Shown: positions 51,569-63,102, counted from the first letter of the whole stretch. The stretch: 63,711 nt of DNA, filler included, from an uncultured bacterium (GCA_964449065.1; 9 parts of 9 records of this genome joined end to end with filler, not necessarily neighbours in it), one strand, 5' to 3'. Notes: generated by a model not told the origin, from the sequence alone. Made by a program: numbers and translations.

Positions 51569-51583
51569 GGGAAGGAAGAAATC

Positions 51584-53050
51584 ATGAAGAGAAGAACGCT
51601 GCTTTCAAAAACCCTGCAAGCGGGATGTATGTTATCCATCGGATCATCGCGAATATTGGGAGCGAACGATGCCATTCGCGTGGGGGTGATCGGGATGGGT
51701 TCGTTTGTGAAAATCGGCGGCCGGGGACGGCGGGACGCGCGCGAGTTTCAAGCCATCGACGGGGTACGGGTCGATGCGATCTGCGACTGCGACGGCGATC
51801 ATTTGGATTACGATATCGATAAATTCAAGAGTCAAAATATCCCCGTGAAAGCGTATAAAGATTTCCGCGATGTGTTGGATGATTCGGATATCGATGCCGT
51901 GAGTATTACCACACCAAACCACTGGCATTCGCTGATGACCATTCTGGCCTGCCAGGCGGGTAAGGATGTGTATGTACAAAAGCCATCTTCACACAATATA
52001 TATGAAGGCCGCAAGATGGTGGAGGCGATGAACAAATACGGCCGGATTGTGCAGGCGACGCACGGACCGCGAAACAGCGGCGAAACGGCGGAAGCGTATG
52101 AATATGTCTGGGAGGGAAATCTGGGCGCCATTCAATATGTGCATGGGTTAAACTACCGGCCGCGGATGAGCATCGGCAAGGTAAAAGAGCCTCAAACCAT
52201 TCCGGAATTGTGCGATTATGACTTGTGGTGCGGACCGGCACCGAAGAATCCCCTGACGCGGGAATTTCTTCACTACGACTGGCATTGGGATTGGGATACC
52301 GGTAACGGCGATTTGGGCAATATGGGGATCCACGCAATGGATGGCTGCCGTTGGGCGCTGAATAAAAACCACCTGCCCAAACGCGTGATGAGCATCGGGG
52401 GAAGACGGGGATATGATGATGATGGAGAAACGCCGAATACCCTCATCACCCTTTTTGATTACGAACCGGCCCCCATCATTTTTGAAGTGAGAGGATTACC
52501 CAAAGACGCGTCGTATTTGGATCAGACGTGGACGAAGAATTCAGGCCAAACCATGGATCACTACCGGGGGATGAGAATCGGCACGATTGTGGTTTGTGAA
52601 AACGGATACATTCAAGACAATGCCGCTTACGATAACAACGGCAAAAAAATCAAAGCATTTACGCGGCAGCGGGTAAGCACCAAGCAGAACTTTATCGATG
52701 CCATGCGCAGCGGCAAAAAAGACCATTTATTTACCGATGCGCTGCAAGGCCATTTATCCTGCGGATTGGTGCATTTGGCAAACATTTCTTACCGGGTGGG
52801 AAAACAAACGCCCAGCGGGGAGATTCGGGATGCGGTGCAGGGAAAAACTAAATTCGCGGATGCGTTTGAACGCTTAATGCGGCACATGGCTGCCAACAAG
52901 ATCGACCTGAAAGCCGAACCGTTGGTAATGGGGCCGATGCTTTCGTTTGACCCGGTATCCGAACGGTTTACCGGCGCGTTTAGTGAAAAGGCGAACCCGC
53001 ATCTTTCAAGAGAGTACCGGGAACCGTTTGTGCTGCCTTCATTGGTATAA
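51584..53050 (+). CDS. Gfo/Idh/MocA oxidoreductase
   Basis: Tat-like RR, TPNHWH, QKP, GNMGIH. Confidence 0.9.
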   Translation: MKRRTLLSKTLQAGCMLSIGSSRILGANDAIRVGVIGMGSFVKIGGRGRRDAREFQAIDGVRVDAICDCDGDHLDYDIDKFKSQNIPVKAYKDFRDVLDDSDIDAVSITTPNHWHSLMTILACQAGKDVYVQKPSSHNIYEGRKMVEAMNKYGRIVQATHGPRNSGETAEAYEYVWEGNLGAIQYVHGLNYRPRMSIGKVKEPQTIPELCDYDLWCGPAPKNPLTREFLHYDWHWDWDTGNGDLGNMGIHAMDGCRWALNKNHLPKRVMSIGGRRGYDDDGETPNTLITLFDYEPAPIIFEVRGLPKDASYLDQTWTKNSGQTMDHYRGMRIGTIVVCENGYIQDNAAYDNNGKKIKAFTRQRVSTKQNFIDAMRSGKKDHLFTDALQGHLSCGLVHLANISYRVGKQTPSGEIRDAVQGKTKFADAFERLMRHMAANKIDLKAEPLVMGPMLSFDPVSERFTGAFSEKANPHLSREYREPFVLPSLV

Positions 53051-53100
53051 GACAACAATAGTTTTCAATAGTGTTTGATTCCAAAGATTGGATACAGCAC

Positions 53101-54090
53101 ATGAAAAATCAAAATACAGATCCCATTGATGAAATCGCGGGTGGGTATCGCGGGGCGCAAATTCTATTTACCGCTTGCCGCATGGGGATATTTGAAGTCA
53201 TAGGAAAACAATCCATATCTTTAGAGGAATTGCATCAGCGATTGCAGGCGGATGCGCGGGGGCTGCGGATTCTTTGTGATGCCTTAGCGGCGCTTGGGTT
53301 GCTGGAAAAAGAGAACGGCCGATACCGCAACAGCGCGACCGCTTTAGAGTATCTCTTACCGGATTCGCCAAAATCAAAGACAGCGATACTTCGCCATGAT
53401 GCTTTGTTGTATGAGAAATGGGGGAAGTTGATCGACGCGGTAACGCAGGGTCAAAAGGTTTCTGATGAAGCCATTGATCAGCGGCTGCTGGAAACCGAGC
53501 GCGATTTTGCCAACGCGATGGCGGATATCGCGAAGATGAGCGCCAAACAAACCGCGGACATGGTTGATCTGAAATCCTCCAAACATCTCTTGGATGTTGG
53601 CGGAGGCCCCGGTTATTTTGCCATTGAGTTTGCCAAGCGGAATCCGGAATTGACCACGGTTATCCTTGATGATGAAAAAACATTGGAGGTGGCACGCGAA
53701 AACGCCGAAAAAGAAGGCGTGTTGGAACGAATGGAATTTAGGCCCGGTAATATGCATTGCGATGATTTGGGGCGGGATTATGACTTTATCTTCATTTCGA
53801 ATGTAATCCACATGTTTCATGAAAAACAAAACGCCGAATTAATTCAAAAATGCGCGGATACAATGGTTCCAGGAGGTCGAATCGCGCTGAAGGATTTCTT
53901 TTTGGAGCCGAACCGCACTCAACCAATGTTTAGCGCCTTGTTTGCCGTCAATATGTTGGTGGCAACGGAAACCGGTGATTGTTATACCGTAGAGCAAGTG
54001 AAGCAGTGGCTTCATGATGCGGGATTGGAATATCAGCAAACGGAAGACATCACCGCGCAATCGAAATTGATTATGGGACGAAAAGTGTAA
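53101..54090 (+). CDS. SAM-dependent O-methyltransferase (dimerisation + Methyltransf_2)
   Basis: LLDVGGGPG, SNVIH, PGGRI. Confidence 0.88.
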   Translation: MKNQNTDPIDEIAGGYRGAQILFTACRMGIFEVIGKQSISLEELHQRLQADARGLRILCDALAALGLLEKENGRYRNSATALEYLLPDSPKSKTAILRHDALLYEKWGKLIDAVTQGQKVSDEAIDQRLLETERDFANAMADIAKMSAKQTADMVDLKSSKHLLDVGGGPGYFAIEFAKRNPELTTVILDDEKTLEVARENAEKEGVLERMEFRPGNMHCDDLGRDYDFIFISNVIHMFHEKQNAELIQKCADTMVPGGRIALKDFFLEPNRTQPMFSALFAVNMLVATETGDCYTVEQVKQWLHDAGLEYQQTEDITAQSKLIMGRKV

Positions 54091-54148
54091 TACCATTGAA
54101 ATGAAATTGTCCGTTATCATTGTAGGGTGGGTTCAACACTAATTTAAC

Positions 54149-54254
54149 TAGAGCAATTCAAGGTTGGATAGATAGAGAATCGGTAATGTACGTGCCGTAG
54201 GGGCACATTGCAATGTGCCCCTACAAAACGTCTACGCAAATCTGAATTGCTCTA
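54149..54254. mobile_element. MITE family A copy
   Basis: Perfect TIR TAGAGCAATTCA...TGAATTGCTCTA. Confidence 0.85.
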
Positions 54255-54416
54255 GAATTATGCGTGATGTAAAAGCGGGAGCAAGTCTAAGTTGTATCAC
54301 ATTACGTATCTCCGGTAGCCCACCAGTCGTACCGAAAGCGGACATTTCATTTTTCTTTAGGTATAAAAGAGTGAATGAAATTCCACTTCATCCATTTTCG
54401 TTATGGCTAACAATTG

Positions 54417-56081
54417 TTAATCAGAAACCGCCTCTTGATGCGTCACAATCGGCACATAGCCAACTTCCATACCCTTTGGCTGAGAAACCAGCAGTGCGGG
54501 ATCCAATGCAGCCAACTCTCCACGGGTGGGTGGTTTCATGTAGTCTTTGTCGATTGTCCAGTGTTGGTGGATTTTTTCCACAAAGGCTTGCAATTTTTCT
54601 TTCTTTTGACGGCTCCAGTTGTATTGCTGAAACGAAGGCTGATCCACAAATTTGTACCAATAATAGGTAACCAAAGAACCATCAATCAGGTTTACTTTGT
54701 ATGGACCCTTTGCCGGGCCTGGATTCGTCCACGCTCCGCTTTTGGGAGAGGTATAAGCAGGGCCTGGCTTCGCTAGCGGGAACTCTTTCCCAACCAACTC
54801 TCGCGGTACGTCTTCCGAAGATACCGCAACCCGTTCATCTCCCACATGCTTGTAATATTGGGGGAAAACGCCTTGAGGGCTGATTTCGCTGTCCTGCCAT
54901 TGCAATCCCCACACGCCGCCGGCAAACACTTGGGTATCGAAAGCCGATTCGATTCCGTTCATGGTCTTTTGGTCTTGGCGGTAATGAGGAGTGCGGGTGG
55001 TGAGTTTTGAGCGGAAAGCACCGCTCTCATCAAAGCGGCCGTTGCATATATCCCCTCCATCTCTCCATGCTTTCAAGCCATCATACAACGCGGCTTTGGA
55101 GTAATAGGTTACATCCTGCACCAGCAAACTGCGCCCTTGATCGTCAACCGGGAAATGAAGTGCGGGGATTTTTGAATACATGCTGCCGTCTTCAGCAACT
55201 GCATCCAGGCGTGGGACGGTGTTGATTTCCATGGCGCCGCCTCGAATTTTTCCCGGACGGGCATCCAGACCGCGCCCGTAAATAAAAGGATAGTCAAATA
55301 ATTTGCCGATTTTGCTCCAGGTCTCAGGAATGTAGTAAGCAATCGGCCCCTTAAAATTTTTGGCGTGTAGAAAGCATGTCCAACTTTGATCGCCGGTTGG
55401 CGGGTCGCCTTCCACCGGATCGGTAAAGGGAAGGGCCATGTAGGTATACCCCAAAAATTTGCCGTTAGGATTCCCTTCAAACGGAAGCGCGTCCGGGGGG
55501 ATGAGAATGCGGTTGCTGAGTTGCGCGATGCCCAGCCGGTCATCCGGTAAGGCTTCGTCGTCATAGAAAAAAGACCATCCGGGCGAACCGACTTCATAAT
55601 CATAACATTGCGGGGTTGCGTTCATGCTGAACTTGGGCGGCCCGTAGCGGAAATGGTTCCGTGCCCAATACCCCAACCCGCCTTCAACGGTTTGGAAAAC
55701 GCTGCTCCATGTCGGTCCACGCTTGGGCCAGTTGTCGCGGGCCAAGGTTCCCACCGGGGCGAGTGGCTTGTCTTTGTTGTCGGAATTATCCGGTATGATC
55801 CATGTGCTGGGCAACCCGATTTGAAAGTTGGCGATGGGTTTGTCAATCAATGGCCAAACGGCGGAATAAAATCCCATCCCCATGTTGTATTCCGAGTTCT
55901 CCGCGGGCTGTGTCGCGGTATAACTGATATAGCCATGCAGCCCCCGCGAATGCAACGAGATTTCAACTGGGGATGTATCCTCTGCATTGCCATAATTTGA
56001 AAGAAAAATCTGAAGGGAAAAAAGAAGCAGAAAAAATGTATTGATCACGAAATAACGCAAATGTGAAAAAGGACTGGTCAT
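54417..56081 (-). CDS. Conserved secreted hypothetical protein
   Basis: Signal-like N-terminus; long ORF with FQTVEGGLG and YYWYKFVDQP. Confidence 0.7.
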   Translation of the reverse strand: MTSPFSHLRYFVINTFFLLLFSLQIFLSNYGNAEDTSPVEISLHSRGLHGYISYTATQPAENSEYNMGMGFYSAVWPLIDKPIANFQIGLPSTWIIPDNSDNKDKPLAPVGTLARDNWPKRGPTWSSVFQTVEGGLGYWARNHFRYGPPKFSMNATPQCYDYEVGSPGWSFFYDDEALPDDRLGIAQLSNRILIPPDALPFEGNPNGKFLGYTYMALPFTDPVEGDPPTGDQSWTCFLHAKNFKGPIAYYIPETWSKIGKLFDYPFIYGRGLDARPGKIRGGAMEINTVPRLDAVAEDGSMYSKIPALHFPVDDQGRSLLVQDVTYYSKAALYDGLKAWRDGGDICNGRFDESGAFRSKLTTRTPHYRQDQKTMNGIESAFDTQVFAGGVWGLQWQDSEISPQGVFPQYYKHVGDERVAVSSEDVPRELVGKEFPLAKPGPAYTSPKSGAWTNPGPAKGPYKVNLIDGSLVTYYWYKFVDQPSFQQYNWSRQKKEKLQAFVEKIHQHWTIDKDYMKPPTRGELAALDPALLVSQPKGMEVGYVPIVTHQEAVSD

Positions 56082-56256
56082 ATCAAAATCCGCCGGGTTG
56101 AGTAATGTTTTATTCACCTTACAGATAACCCGGCCAAAAAGCAAGAAGGTGTTTACCCCCATTCCATTTATACTAAACATATATTCAACAAAGAGTTGCT
56201 GTTTAACTATTTTTTGATATAATTACAATGAACATGGTTATGTCTATGGAGTATGG

Positions 56257-56731
56257 ATGATGGCAAATGCACTCACAATAGCAAATTACTTTATTCAAAG
56301 AGCAAGCGAACTCGGAGAGCAATTGACACCGATGCAGATTATTAAATTGGTGTATATTGCTCATGGATGGAGTCTAGGTCTTACTGATAAACCCTTAATA
56401 GACGAAACAGTCCAAGCCTGGAAATATGGTCCAGTCGTTAAGTCTGTATATGACGAATTCAAAAGTTATGGTAAAAGACCTATCCAGGATTATGCTCGCG
56501 ACATATACGGCAATATAATTCAAGAACCTTTAACGGATAACGATATTGCTGTATTAGATTTTACTCTTCAAAGATACGGCAAAAACGATGGTATTAAACT
56601 CTCTGGTATGACTCACAAAAAGGACACACCTTGGGACAAGGTTTGGAATGATGAAAATGGTAAATCTTTAATGTATGCTCCAATCGATAATGAAAAAATA
56701 AAAGAATATTACCAATGTCGAAGACAACAGA
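56257..56731 (+). CDS. Panacea/SocA (DUF4065) antitoxin-like protein, runs to the contig end
   Basis: IANYF, KLVYIAHG, QAWKYGPV, THK..TPW. Confidence 0.88.
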
Positions 56732-56831
56732 NNNNNNNNNNNNNNNNNNNNNNNNNNNNNNNNNNNNNNNNNNNNTTAATTAATTAANNNNNNNNNNNNN
56801 NNNNNNNNNNNNNNNNNNNNNNNNNNNNNNN

Positions 56832-57702
56832 AGCCGGGCTGCGGCTGCGGCATCTGCGCCAGCAGCAAAAAGTCTCCCGCTTTTTTAAGCGATTTCATAT
56901 AGCGCTCTTTCTCATACGTCTTAACGGCAAGCGCTAAGGTATCAATTACATCGCTTTGAAGATGATCGTTCAACGTGTAATGGTTCCAATATTCCTTGAT
57001 GCGCGTGTATTCGCCGTCTTCTTTATAATCCGCTTGTTGGATGGGATGTTTGGAGGGATCGGGTTTGCCGGTGAATCCATGCGGCCACGCGCCGTTGGGG
57101 AACTGCGCTTCGATCAGCTTATCCAGACCGTAAATCACCGCTTCATGGATTGTTTCATCTTCAAAGTTTGCGGTTTTATCGTAGCGCGTTAGAAACCGCA
57201 AAGCGGATTGGGTTTTGTCATCATCCAGTGTAGTACGGTTGCGTTTTCCATCCGGAGAAGGGCTATCGACCCGGTAGGCATAGCGCTTGCGGTCTTTGGG
57301 ATCAAATTGGATGTCTTTATCCCACCCACCGGAATGCAGTTGCCCTTTCACCAAGGCCATCGCGGTTTCTTTCGCGGCACCCAGATAATAGGCATTTCCT
57401 GTCAATTCATACAAATCGAGATAGGTTTCGCCGATGTAGGGCGTTCCGGGAGGCTGAAGCCAAGCGGTGGTATCGCCGACTTTTCCCTCGCCCTCTTTTT
57501 TCTGTAAATCCGCGCTGTATTTCCAAAGATACCCGCCGTGGCCGGAGACGTCATTGCGGTAAAACTCCACCGCTTTGCGCAGGGCGTGTTGGACTTCTTC
57601 TTTGGAAGGTTCCCGCGCGTTGCTGAAGGGAGGAGTTAATAAGACCATTGATAACACGAGTGATATTACCATTGTTCGCATCACGACAAGCCGGTTTTTC
57701 AT
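56832..57702 (-). CDS. Pectate lyase PL10-like protein, partial
   Basis: TLDDDKT, AQFPNGAWP, YTLND, FLLLAQMP. Confidence 0.75.
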
Positions 57703-57798
57703 TGGGTTCCCCTGATAGAAGAATTCATGTTGATAAATCTAACGTGTCTACATTAGCATACTGAGGGAAATGTTGTCAAACAGTGCCGCCAATTGCGG

Positions 57799-58821
57799 CT
57801 ACGCGACCATGTTGTCTTCGCCGCCGCGGTTGATCATGATTTCACCGGCTTCTTCAAGGCGGCGGATCACGGCGACGATTTTTTGTTGTTCTTCTTCTAC
57901 CTGCTTGACCCGCACCGGCCCCATGTATTCCATTTCTTCACGGATGGTGTCGGACGCGCGGCTGGAGAGATTGCTTAGCAGTTTTGTTTTGACGGTTTCA
58001 TCCGATGACTTTAACGCGATGGTTAATGCCCGGTGATCCACTTCTTTGAGTACCTGCTGAATGGCGCGGTCATCCAGCATGGCGATATCGTCAAAGGTAA
58101 ACATCAGTTTTTTGATCTCAACGGCAAGTTCTTGATTGTGTTCTTCCAGCGTTTCGAGGATGGATTTTTCCGTCACGCGGTCAACCCGGTTCAAGAGTTC
58201 GGCCAGCGAATCGATGCCGCCGGCTTGCGAGAAATCTTGTGTCGCAATCGTGGCGATGTGTTTTTCCAGCACCCGTTCCACTTCACTGATGATTTCCGGT
58301 GAGGTTTGGTCCATCGTGGCAATACGCAAAGCGACTTCCGCCTGAATTTCATGATCCAAAGCGGTCATGATGGCCGCGGCGGATTCATGCTCTAAATGCG
58401 CCATCACCAGGGCGATGGTTTGCGGGTGTTCGTTGTGCAGAAAGTTGATCAGCATATTGGGATCAACCCGTTTGGCGAAGTCAAACGGTTGGCCTTGCAG
58501 CATACCTTGCAGGCGTTCGACCACTTCCATCGCTTTGCCGGGGCCAAGCGCTTTTTCGAGGATATCGCGCGCGGTGTTGATCCCCCCGGCGGCAATGTAC
58601 TGCTGTGCCATGGCGGTATGGTAGAATTCTTCGATGACTTGAATCACCATTTCTTGCGAAACGGTACCCAGGTTGGCGACTTCAAGCGTGATTTGTTCGA
58701 TATGTTCGTCGTCCAAACAGCGGTAGATATCGGCGGATATATCAGGCCCAAGCGTCACCATTAATATAGCGGCTTTTTTGCGGCCGGTGAGTTGCGGTTT
58801 GTCCTGTCTTCCCCTTGCCAT
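57799..58821 (-). CDS. fliG: Flagellar motor switch protein
   Basis: KAAIL, EHPQTIAL, GGID, MFTF, MGPVR. Confidence 0.95.
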   Translation of the reverse strand: MARGRQDKPQLTGRKKAAILMVTLGPDISADIYRCLDDEHIEQITLEVANLGTVSQEMVIQVIEEFYHTAMAQQYIAAGGINTARDILEKALGPGKAMEVVERLQGMLQGQPFDFAKRVDPNMLINFLHNEHPQTIALVMAHLEHESAAAIMTALDHEIQAEVALRIATMDQTSPEIISEVERVLEKHIATIATQDFSQAGGIDSLAELLNRVDRVTEKSILETLEEHNQELAVEIKKLMFTFDDIAMLDDRAIQQVLKEVDHRALTIALKSSDETVKTKLLSNLSSRASDTIREEMEYMGPVRVKQVEEEQQKIVAVIRRLEEAGEIMINRGGEDNMVA

Positions 58822-59058
58822 ACCACGCTCCCAAATCATTGAACACGTCATTCCATACGCATGGATAGAGCATTGCCTAATGCTTCATCTTCTTATTTTC
58901 GGCATAAAAAAAGGATTGTTTACCGTTCCTCGAAGTTATTCAGTCAAATCCAGAGCAGGGAGTTCGCTCTTTTAACAGAATTGTAATAAATTGGGGCTAT
59001 TTTGTTGGACTGAAGAATTTCATATTTCAGTAAAATTATCTTTGAAGGCGAAGTAAAA

Positions 59059-60987
59059 ATGTGCAACCAACAAAGGAATGGATTGACTACGCGTGCTGTA
59101 TTTTTCCCGTTCGGTTTTATCAATATTTTATTATTCGGGATTTTACTACATCCATCCCCTTTTCAAAATATATCCAATGCCCAATATGCCGTACAAGAGC
59201 CCGAAACCATTGAACCGCTGGAAAACGATCTGCCGCATCTAACCCGTGAATCGGATTACGTGTCATCCGCCGAATGCAAAGCCTGCCATTTGGATGAATA
59301 CAACAGTTGGTATAGGACGTATCACCGCACCATGACCCAAGTCGCGCTGCCCGGCAATGTGGCCGGTGAGTTTAAAGGATCAACAATAACGGCCGCTGGA
59401 TTGAAATATACTGTGTATGAAGAGAACGGGCGCTATTGGGCGGAACTGCCTCATCCGGAAGAAATGATGTATATCGTGCAGGGCGGCAAACCGGGCCGCA
59501 TTCAAGAAGTGCCGCGTGTAAAGCGTCCGGTGACGATGACTACCGGCTCACACTACTACCAAACCTACTGGGTCGCGGGTTCGGACCGATACGGCCGCTT
59601 GCAGCAAACGCTTCCGTTGATCTGGCTGATCAAAGACAAACGCTGGATCCCCCGTGATGAAGCCTTTATGATGCCTCCCGACGGCGAACCGCTAACCACC
59701 CAATGGAACGATCACTGCATCAAATGCCACAGCACCGGGGGCAACCCCAACCTGCAAACCGACACCCGCGCGGGCTGGTTTGATACGCGCGTTGCCGAAC
59801 TGGGGATTGCCTGTGAGGCGTGCCACGGCCCTGGAGAGCAGCACGTGTTGGCGCGTTCAACCGCGACGCCAACAGAAGACAATCATATGGTGAATCCGGC
59901 AAGGTTGGATCCTGTTCGATCCAGCCAGGCATGCGGTCAATGCCACGGCGTGTTTATCCACGGGGAGAACGGAATGAAGTATGCCAAGGAAGGAGTCCAG
60001 TTCCGCCCCGGCAAAGATTTGCACGATTACCGCTTTTACATTTTTCATCCGCAAGAAGATTCGCCGCAAGAAGAATGGGATAATTACCACCGCAACCGCC
60101 AGTTCTACCGCGAACGCTGGTGGGATGACGGCACCATGCTGGCGGGTGGACGCGAGTATAACGCCATGGCGGTCACCGGATGCTACAAACGCGGGGAGAT
60201 TTCATGCGTGAGCTGCCACTCCATGCATCACAGCGATCCGAATGATCAACTCAAAGAAGGCATGGATACATCTCAAGCATGTACGCAATGCCATACCGAA
60301 ACGCAATACACGAAAGACATCACCAAACACACCCAACACCCAGCCGGCACCGAAGGCAGCAATTGTTTGAACTGCCACATGCCGCACACAACCTACGCAT
60401 TATTCAGCGCGATCCGTAACCATCAAATTCAATCGCCGGATATTTCCCGTTCGGTCAAACACGGCACTCCGAACGCCTGCAATTTATGCCATCTGGATAA
60501 AACGCTTGCATGGGCGCAGGAAACTATGCAAGAATGGTATGGACATAAGCCATTGCCATTAACCGAAGAGCAAACGGAAATTTCTGCCGCCGTTTTATGG
60601 ATGATCAAAGGCCATGCGGCCCAGCGTGTGATCGCCGCCTGGCACGCCGGGTGGGAGCCGGCGCAAGAGGCATCCGGCAGCGATTGGCTGGCTCCGCTGC
60701 AAGCACGGCTGCTGGAAGACCCATACGGTGTGGTGCGCTATGTTGCCGCAAAGAATCTAAAACGCTTGCCTGGAATGAACGCGTTTGAATATGACTATTT
60801 GGCTAGCAAAGCCGTGCTGCGGGAAAAGGTATTCAACGCCATTGCACTGTGGGACAATCAAAAGCCAGAGGCCGTAAGCCGAACGGGACAGCAGGTGTTA
60901 CTCGACAGCAACAACGAAATCATGGAGTCCTATGTCCAAAAACTCTTGTCCGAACGGGATAACCGTCCGGTCACGATTAAGGAATAG
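59059..60987 (+). CDS. Multiheme c-type cytochrome (8 CxxCH) with a C-terminal HEAT-like region
   Basis: CKACH, CIKCH, CEACH, CGQCH, CVSCH, CTQCH, CLNCH, CNLCH. Confidence 0.88.
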   Translation: MCNQQRNGLTTRAVFFPFGFINILLFGILLHPSPFQNISNAQYAVQEPETIEPLENDLPHLTRESDYVSSAECKACHLDEYNSWYRTYHRTMTQVALPGNVAGEFKGSTITAAGLKYTVYEENGRYWAELPHPEEMMYIVQGGKPGRIQEVPRVKRPVTMTTGSHYYQTYWVAGSDRYGRLQQTLPLIWLIKDKRWIPRDEAFMMPPDGEPLTTQWNDHCIKCHSTGGNPNLQTDTRAGWFDTRVAELGIACEACHGPGEQHVLARSTATPTEDNHMVNPARLDPVRSSQACGQCHGVFIHGENGMKYAKEGVQFRPGKDLHDYRFYIFHPQEDSPQEEWDNYHRNRQFYRERWWDDGTMLAGGREYNAMAVTGCYKRGEISCVSCHSMHHSDPNDQLKEGMDTSQACTQCHTETQYTKDITKHTQHPAGTEGSNCLNCHMPHTTYALFSAIRNHQIQSPDISRSVKHGTPNACNLCHLDKTLAWAQETMQEWYGHKPLPLTEEQTEISAAVLWMIKGHAAQRVIAAWHAGWEPAQEASGSDWLAPLQARLLEDPYGVVRYVAAKNLKRLPGMNAFEYDYLASKAVLREKVFNAIALWDNQKPEAVSRTGQQVLLDSNNEIMESYVQKLLSERDNRPVTIKE

Positions 60988-61147
60988 ATATTAAAACGCC
61001 ACAGCATTATAAATAAACCGGGGGAAAGGCCGTCGCGCATGACCGCCGTTCGGAGGGATGCAGCAAACACAAACCACCCTATCAACCCCCGAAAAAATAC
61101 AGTATTTTAAGGAAATTGTAGCGGTAAAGTGGGAGGGGGTTGATCTC

Positions 61148-61744
61148 ATGAAATCAGAAGGATTTACATTGATCGAACTGTTGATCGTGGTGGCAATCAT
61201 CGGCATATTGGCGGCCATTGCGGTGCCGAATTTTTTGAATGCCCAGGTAAAAGCCAAAGTTTCGCGCGTGTACGGCGACATCAAGGCTATCCAAAACGCA
61301 TTGGAAATGTACCGGGTGGATAATAACGACTACATCACCGGACCCGGTAGAATGCCCGATCCGTTGAAGGGTTTTAAAGTGTGGGCGCAGTTGACCACGC
61401 CGGTTGGCTATTTAAATGCCATCTTGCCCGACCCATTTAAACCCGATGGCGAACTGGGGGCAGCCGGCAATTTTGCGCCGTGGGGGCTGTATCACTTTCG
61501 CAACATCAAGCAGGATTTTATTGACGGGCAGCAAGGCGGCGATGCCGACCCGAATGGGGAGTGGCTGGCACGCAGCGGAGGCCCGACCCGCTGGTTTTAT
61601 TCCAGCCCGGCGCGGTTGTACAACGGGATGGCGTATAACATAACGAATGGTGTGGTCAGCAACGGTGATATTATTGTATCCAACTTGGGGATATTGGGTG
61701 TGACCCACATGGGCAGAACAGTAGATTTCAATGCTTCTCCTTAG
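61148..61744 (+). CDS. Prepilin-type pilin/pseudopilin, paralog 4
   Basis: MKSEG|FTLIELLIVV; LTTPV.Y, DPF, GP, Y..TNG.S.GDI. Confidence 0.9.
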   Translation: MKSEGFTLIELLIVVAIIGILAAIAVPNFLNAQVKAKVSRVYGDIKAIQNALEMYRVDNNDYITGPGRMPDPLKGFKVWAQLTTPVGYLNAILPDPFKPDGELGAAGNFAPWGLYHFRNIKQDFIDGQQGGDADPNGEWLARSGGPTRWFYSSPARLYNGMAYNITNGVVSNGDIIVSNLGILGVTHMGRTVDFNASP

Positions 61745-62014
61745 TGCTGTGTCAACGATTTATTGACGGGTATCAATCCCCCCTAGTACAGTGTCAACGA
61801 TTAAATGACGGGTGTCGATCCCCCCCCTTATCAAGGGGGGCAACAACGTATAACGAACCGTCAATAAAACGTTGACAGAGTACTAGAGCAGTTTTTAAAA
61901 GTATATTCGTATTGGGGAGTATCGGCTTCCAGCCGGTACAGGATAAAACGCTTTGTAATCCGAACGGATTTTTGGCGATCCCTATAACATCCCGTCAAAA
62001 AGGGTCATGGGAAA

Positions 62015-62740
62015 ATGAAGAATGGCTTTTCATTGGTGGAACTGCTGATCGTGGTAACGGTCATTGGCATCTTAGCAGCGATTGCCATGCCGCGGTTTCA
62101 AGATGCGCGCATTCGGGCAAAGGTGGCACAATCGCAAGCCAACTTAAAGGCATTGGATTCGGCTATTCAACAAATGCAGTTTGACCGTGATGCGATGTTG
62201 GTCGATATGAACGATGGGGCGAATGAATGGGGACAAAATCGAATTGACACGATATTTTTTGGCGTGGGGAAAGGAAATTTTCCAGAGCGGAATTTTCTTT
62301 CAGTCCTGGCTCCATTGACGACCCCCGTTTCCTATATTTCCAATATTCCAAACGACCCTTTTTTGTATCGGTTTATCAAAGCCCATTTTATCGAGGAAGA
62401 TGAGAGGAAAGGCAATATTTTAAGCATCCTCCATTATGTATATGAAGATAATGACCCTCAAGGGCCTTCAGCGGATTATTTCTCCTGGCAAGTTTTTCGA
62501 AGAATGGACTCTCATAGTTTCAATCCAGATCTGATACCGGAACTGAACCCGGACATTCTTATTCATTTAAACGAGAATGAATATATGGTATGGGGATACG
62601 GGCCGAAACAGCGGTACATATCCAATGTGCAGGGCGATATTCCGGTATATGGATATGTCCCGGTCGTATACAACGTAACCAATGGGGCGTTTAGTGATGG
62701 GATTTTGATTCTTGTTTCCGGTGAGGGAGTGTTGCAATAA
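62015..62740 (+). CDS. Prepilin-type pilin/pseudopilin, paralog 5
   Basis: MKNG|FSLVELL; LTTPVSYI..IP.DPF; YNVTNG. Confidence 0.88.
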   Translation: MKNGFSLVELLIVVTVIGILAAIAMPRFQDARIRAKVAQSQANLKALDSAIQQMQFDRDAMLVDMNDGANEWGQNRIDTIFFGVGKGNFPERNFLSVLAPLTTPVSYISNIPNDPFLYRFIKAHFIEEDERKGNILSILHYVYEDNDPQGPSADYFSWQVFRRMDSHSFNPDLIPELNPDILIHLNENEYMVWGYGPKQRYISNVQGDIPVYGYVPVVYNVTNGAFSDGILILVSGEGVLQ

Positions 62741-63102
62741 CGAAAAAAGTTGTCCAAACAATATTTTTTGGGAGGGCGAGGCTCCCGCCGAGCCGGAAGA
62801 ACAGTATTGGAGAGATTGAAAGCGATTTGATTTATTTGTAGGGTGAAAAGCGAAGCGTATCCCACCATGATCATCTCTGCTCACTCGATTTTAACCAACA
62901 TTCTTATTGCAACTTGGAATAACCCGCTTTCTTTTTGTAATTTGGTATCGCTCCCTAAAATCCGCATTTTTCCCCTGTTTCTAAATTCAGTTCCTTCAGT
63001 GGATTGCCAACTGTTTTTATGCTGCCGCCTGCAAATATCTCCTTGGTTTTGACCAACTTTTTCTACCAGTAGAGGGAAACATATTTTTTCAGGAGAAAAA
63101 TT

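Noticed and set aside
7083..56831. Recurrent TTAATTAATTAA motif in N-runs at ~7-kb spacing
   Set aside because: Artificial six-frame-stop linkers; contig lengths fall monotonically from 7082 to 6880, so the order is by size, not biology.
2900..62920. Dispersed palindromic repeats as a CRISPR array
   Set aside because: No regularly spaced repeat-spacer series and no cas genes; they are REP/MITE-like.
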